This document shows positions 27,828 to 30,811 of a DNA stretch of 30,811 nt, piece by piece; position 1 is the stretch's first letter; every line of letters begins with the position of its first letter. The position numbers and the translations under genes were made by a program. The notes beneath the pieces were generated by a model that did no database searches, was not told the origin of the DNA, and saw only the letters and a program-made list of their open reading frames with translations. This stretch comes from Candidatus Bathyarchaeota archaeon. Its GTDB lineage: Archaea > Thermoproteota > Bathyarchaeia > Bathyarchaeales > Bathycorpusculaceae. The stretch covers positions 1 through 30,811 of the forward strand of contig CAVYHV010000018.1 of the NCBI GenBank assembly GCA_963768425.1, in the 5' to 3' direction.

Positions 27828-28513
27828 TTGTGATTCACTTCATCTGACTTTATAATCCCGTCGAAAACTTCGATGGTATGATTGGCTTCCCTTGCCAAAT
27901 TCTGGTCATGTGTTACCATTATGATGGTTACGCCGTTGGCGTTGACCTGCTTGATTAAGCTAACGATTTCTTGGGCTGTGTGGGAATCAACGTTTCCAGT
28001 GGGTTCGTCCATAAGCATGAAGCTGGGTTTATTGGCTAATGCTCGGGCGATGGCTACACGCTGCTGTTGACCCCCGCTAAGTTCAGCCGGTTTATGGTTC
28101 ATCCTATCTTTTAGCCCAACAGTTTCTAGGAGCTCTTGGGCACGTTTGCTTCTCTCACTTTTACCAATGTTGGCTATGCTCATGGCGAGCTCTACATTGT
28201 CTTTGGCCGTTAATCGGGGTATCAAGTTGAAAAACTGAAATACAAACCCGATTCTGCCTCGCAAATCAGTTAATTGGTTGTCGCTTAGTTTAGACACGTC
28301 CACGCCGTCAACTAACAGTGTTCCAGATGTTGGCTTATCTAATGCCCCGATGAGGTTGAGAAGCGTTGATTTTCCGCTGCCTGATGGTCCGAGAATGGAA
28401 ACGAATTCTCCAGCTTCAATTGTGAGGTTGATTCCTCTTAGAGCTTCGACAGGTACCTTTCCAAGCAAATATGTTTTCTTTAGTTCTTCAGCTTTCACGA
28501 TTAATCTTGACAT
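27824..28513 (-). CDS. LolD/MacB-like ABC ATP-binding protein
   Basis: GPSGSGKST, LSGGQQQRVAIARAL, DEPTGN, VTHD; ATG 28513 after GGAG. Confidence 0.93.
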   Translation of the reverse strand: MSRLIVKAEELKKTYLLGKVPVEALRGINLTIEAGEFVSILGPSGSGKSTLLNLIGALDKPTSGTLLVDGVDVSKLSDNQLTDLRGRIGFVFQFFNLIPRLTAKDNVELAMSIANIGKSERSKRAQELLETVGLKDRMNHKPAELSGGQQQRVAIARALANKPSFMLMDEPTGNVDSHTAQEIVSLIKQVNANGVTIIMVTHDQNLAREANHTIEVFDGIIKSDEVNHN

Positions 28514-28680
28514 TTCCTGTCTCCTTTTTTTAGAAGTGAAATATTGAGACTTTGATATAAAGCGGGGCAGTTGTTCAGTTACTGAACCAACTTTTTGAGG
28601 GCGAAAGTGCGATTTTCGCAAAGAAAATTCTTAATTAGCGCATTGAAGCATATCGTTTGAAAGCTTAGAGGCCTTCAACA

Positions 28681-29694
28681 GTGCCTGCTCTAGAAGAGAT
28701 AAGACAGCAGAATCCAAAAGACACCGCTTTAGCCATCTTTAGGTTTAAAGCCAGAAGAGGCATCGGAGTTTATTACACCCTACTCGCAACTATACCGCTC
28801 CTTTTAATCATTTTGACCTTTTCTTCCACACCGCCCTATATCGCAGCAATTTCTGTGGCTGTCCTTGCCCCCGTAATTCTGGTTTTTGCAAGCTCAGCCG
28901 GAATGAAGCGCTTTACTCAAATGAGGTTTGTAATGAACCTTTTAGACCAAAACCCAAACGCAAGTAATGAGAAGCATAGAATAAATAGACTCTTGGACGG
29001 CGCTAGGACTGTTTTGATTGCTTTCTTGCCTTTAGTTGCTGCTGCTATCTTTGCTATAACTGGAAGCGCGGTTCTTGGCTCTATAGCGCTGATTGCATAT
29101 TTGGGTTATATATTAGCCTACTATATCTTTGTTTTTTCAAAACAGCCAACTGATAATGTTCTTCCATGGCGTATAGAAGATTGGATAGTAGCGGTTTTTC
29201 CTCCAATTCTCCTAGTGCTTGGATTTTTCCAAGCAATACAGTCATCAACCGTTCTGGTTCTCCTTCTACTATTGTTCTTGTTAGCCGGTCTCAAATCTTC
29301 CTATCAAGCGCCACAAGAGATTTCACAAGTTTTAGGCAATGACAGTTTCAGTCGACAACCCTTGGCTTCAAAACAGGAAAGCGTCAGCATTTCTGAACTT
29401 TCTTCAGAAAACGTTTTGTCTAGTTTTACAAGAGTTGGGATAATGATTGCTCTTTTGGGAACGGAACGGATCACGTTTACTGATCTTATGTTTGTGGTTG
29501 GGGTCTCAAAGAGTTCTTTGAATTATTGTGTGAATGCTTTGGCGGATGCTGGCTATGTAACTGTGCGCAAGGGGTTCAAAGCGGCCGGGGGCCCTCGCAC
29601 GTTTATACAGATAACAGACAGAGGAAAAGTGGCCATTCTTGCACATTTGGAAACAATGAAACGTTTTGCCTCCGAGTATTCTCCACGTGAGTAG
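28681..29694 (+). CDS. Multi-TM membrane protein with C-terminal winged-helix (HTH_34/MarR-like) domain
   Basis: ~6 TM segments, then RVGIMIAL..ITFTDL..SLNY..LADAGYV..PRTFIQITDRG; divergent from the ABC operon. Confidence 0.78.
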   Translation: MPALEEIRQQNPKDTALAIFRFKARRGIGVYYTLLATIPLLLIILTFSSTPPYIAAISVAVLAPVILVFASSAGMKRFTQMRFVMNLLDQNPNASNEKHRINRLLDGARTVLIAFLPLVAAAIFAITGSAVLGSIALIAYLGYILAYYIFVFSKQPTDNVLPWRIEDWIVAVFPPILLVLGFFQAIQSSTVLVLLLLLFLLAGLKSSYQAPQEISQVLGNDSFSRQPLASKQESVSISELSSENVLSSFTRVGIMIALLGTERITFTDLMFVVGVSKSSLNYCVNALADAGYVTVRKGFKAAGGPRTFIQITDRGKVAILAHLETMKRFASEYSPRE

Positions 29695-29810
29695 CCGAAA
29701 AATACTGCACAAATAATAGCATCCGGTCGATGATAAATCACTTTTGCTGTTTCCTGGACAGTAGATCCGCGAAGAACCCCAAGCCGAACAGCGCCATCAC
29801 GCTTAATTTC

Positions 29811-29825
29811 GTAAATCTTTATAAC
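29811..29825 (+). promoter_or_regulatory. BRE/TATA box of the PCNA gene
   Basis: GTAAATC-TTTATAAC, ~35 bp upstream of ATG 29860. Confidence 0.55.
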
Positions 29826-29859
29826 ACAACAGGGTATGCATACAAAGAGGAAGATTGGA

Positions 29860-30615
29860 ATGTTTAAGCTCAAAGTAGCTGACTCAAAATTCTTAAGAGA
29901 AATGGCCACAGCCATCTCAATACTCGTAGATGAAGCTACCTTCAAAATTGAACCCGACGGCTTGAAACTTCGGGCTATGGATCCCTCTCGCGTTGCCATG
30001 ATCGATTTTGAATTGCCTAAAACAATCTTCGAAGAATACGTTTGCAGTGAACCCATTAAAATATGCATGAAAATAAGCGAACTGCTGAAATTGCTGAAGA
30101 GAGCCGGGAAAGACGAAGCAGTGGAGTTGTTGCTTGATGATAAGACTGGACGTTTGCAGGTTAAGATAACAGGGAAGTACAACCGAGACTTCACCATGCC
30201 CACGCTGGTAGCCTCGGAGGAAGAAGTGCCAACGCCAAAGATAACCTTCAACGTAAAAGCTAAGATTACAACGCACGGTTTGAGCGAAGCAATTGAAGAT
30301 GCTGGACTAGTCAGTGACCATGTTAGATTTGAAGCGGACCCGGAAAAGCTGGTTTTGAACGCTATGGGCGACCTCATGGGTGCAACGATAACTCTGCAGA
30401 AGGGAAATGATGCTCTCTTGGATTTGGAGGTAAAAGAAGCCTCAAAGGCAACTTTTAGCCTAAGTTACCTGTCTGAAATCATTAAAGCGGCTTCAGCCAC
30501 ATCCGACATCGCTACACTAGAGTTCTCAACCGACATGCCTGTGCTCATCGATTTTCAACAGACGAAAGGAGGAAAACTAACTTTCTTCCTGGCGCCAAGA
30601 ATCGAAACGGAATAA
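29860..30615 (+). CDS. pcn: DNA polymerase sliding clamp PCNA
   Basis: LRAMDPSRVAM, TFSLSYL, FSTDMP, FFLAPRIE. Confidence 0.96.
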   Translation: MFKLKVADSKFLREMATAISILVDEATFKIEPDGLKLRAMDPSRVAMIDFELPKTIFEEYVCSEPIKICMKISELLKLLKRAGKDEAVELLLDDKTGRLQVKITGKYNRDFTMPTLVASEEEVPTPKITFNVKAKITTHGLSEAIEDAGLVSDHVRFEADPEKLVLNAMGDLMGATITLQKGNDALLDLEVKEASKATFSLSYLSEIIKAASATSDIATLEFSTDMPVLIDFQQTKGGKLTFFLAPRIETE

Positions 30616-30811
30616 TGAAATTAGGTGGTTCAAAAAAATGGTATATGTGAGCATATGCATAGGTCTCTCCCGGGCTACCACTGCATATGCTCTTGTGTAC
30701 CGTTTTCTTAGAAGCAATTTGATTATGGCTTGTTTCAGGGGTTGTCCAGACTGGCCAAGTCAAATTACAAAAAAGGGAATGTTTGAGGAAATAGTACTTA
30801 TTCAGTTCTGG

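Noticed and set aside
29553-30377. 274-aa minus-strand ORF and other antisense/overlapping ORFs in the track
   Set aside because: Shadows of well-supported genes on the opposite strand or in another frame

Overview
Archaeal DNA, most likely Bathyarchaeia, judged from the TFB and PCNA sequences and archaeal BRE/TATA promoters. The left ~14.4 kb is an accessory region that looks like a decaying provirus or integrative element. It is an almost entirely + strand cluster of secreted and membrane-anchored proteins, a CPBP intramembrane protease, a SWIM protein and a small basic protein, with stereotyped T-tract intergenic motifs, direct repeats and gene remnants. An NRAMP transporter and a tnpB 3' remnant interrupt it. 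The most striking feature is an inverted ~0.86 kb insert (2305-3166). It encodes an HNH + IS110/Nop-like protein with TasH-like architecture, whose 3' end overlaps a stem-loop carrying two exactly 9-nt spacers between repeated boxes (TIGR-like guide). The joined spacers partially match the insert's own right junction. The right half has a redox cluster (HxlR, iron-sulfur flavoprotein, CDGSH, thioredoxin, pirin), a PAS remnant, two methyltransferases, two ABC exporter operons, membrane-tethered wHTH regulators, a tRNA 3' fragment, a truncated TFB and PCNA. All family calls come from motif recognition by eye; no searches were run.
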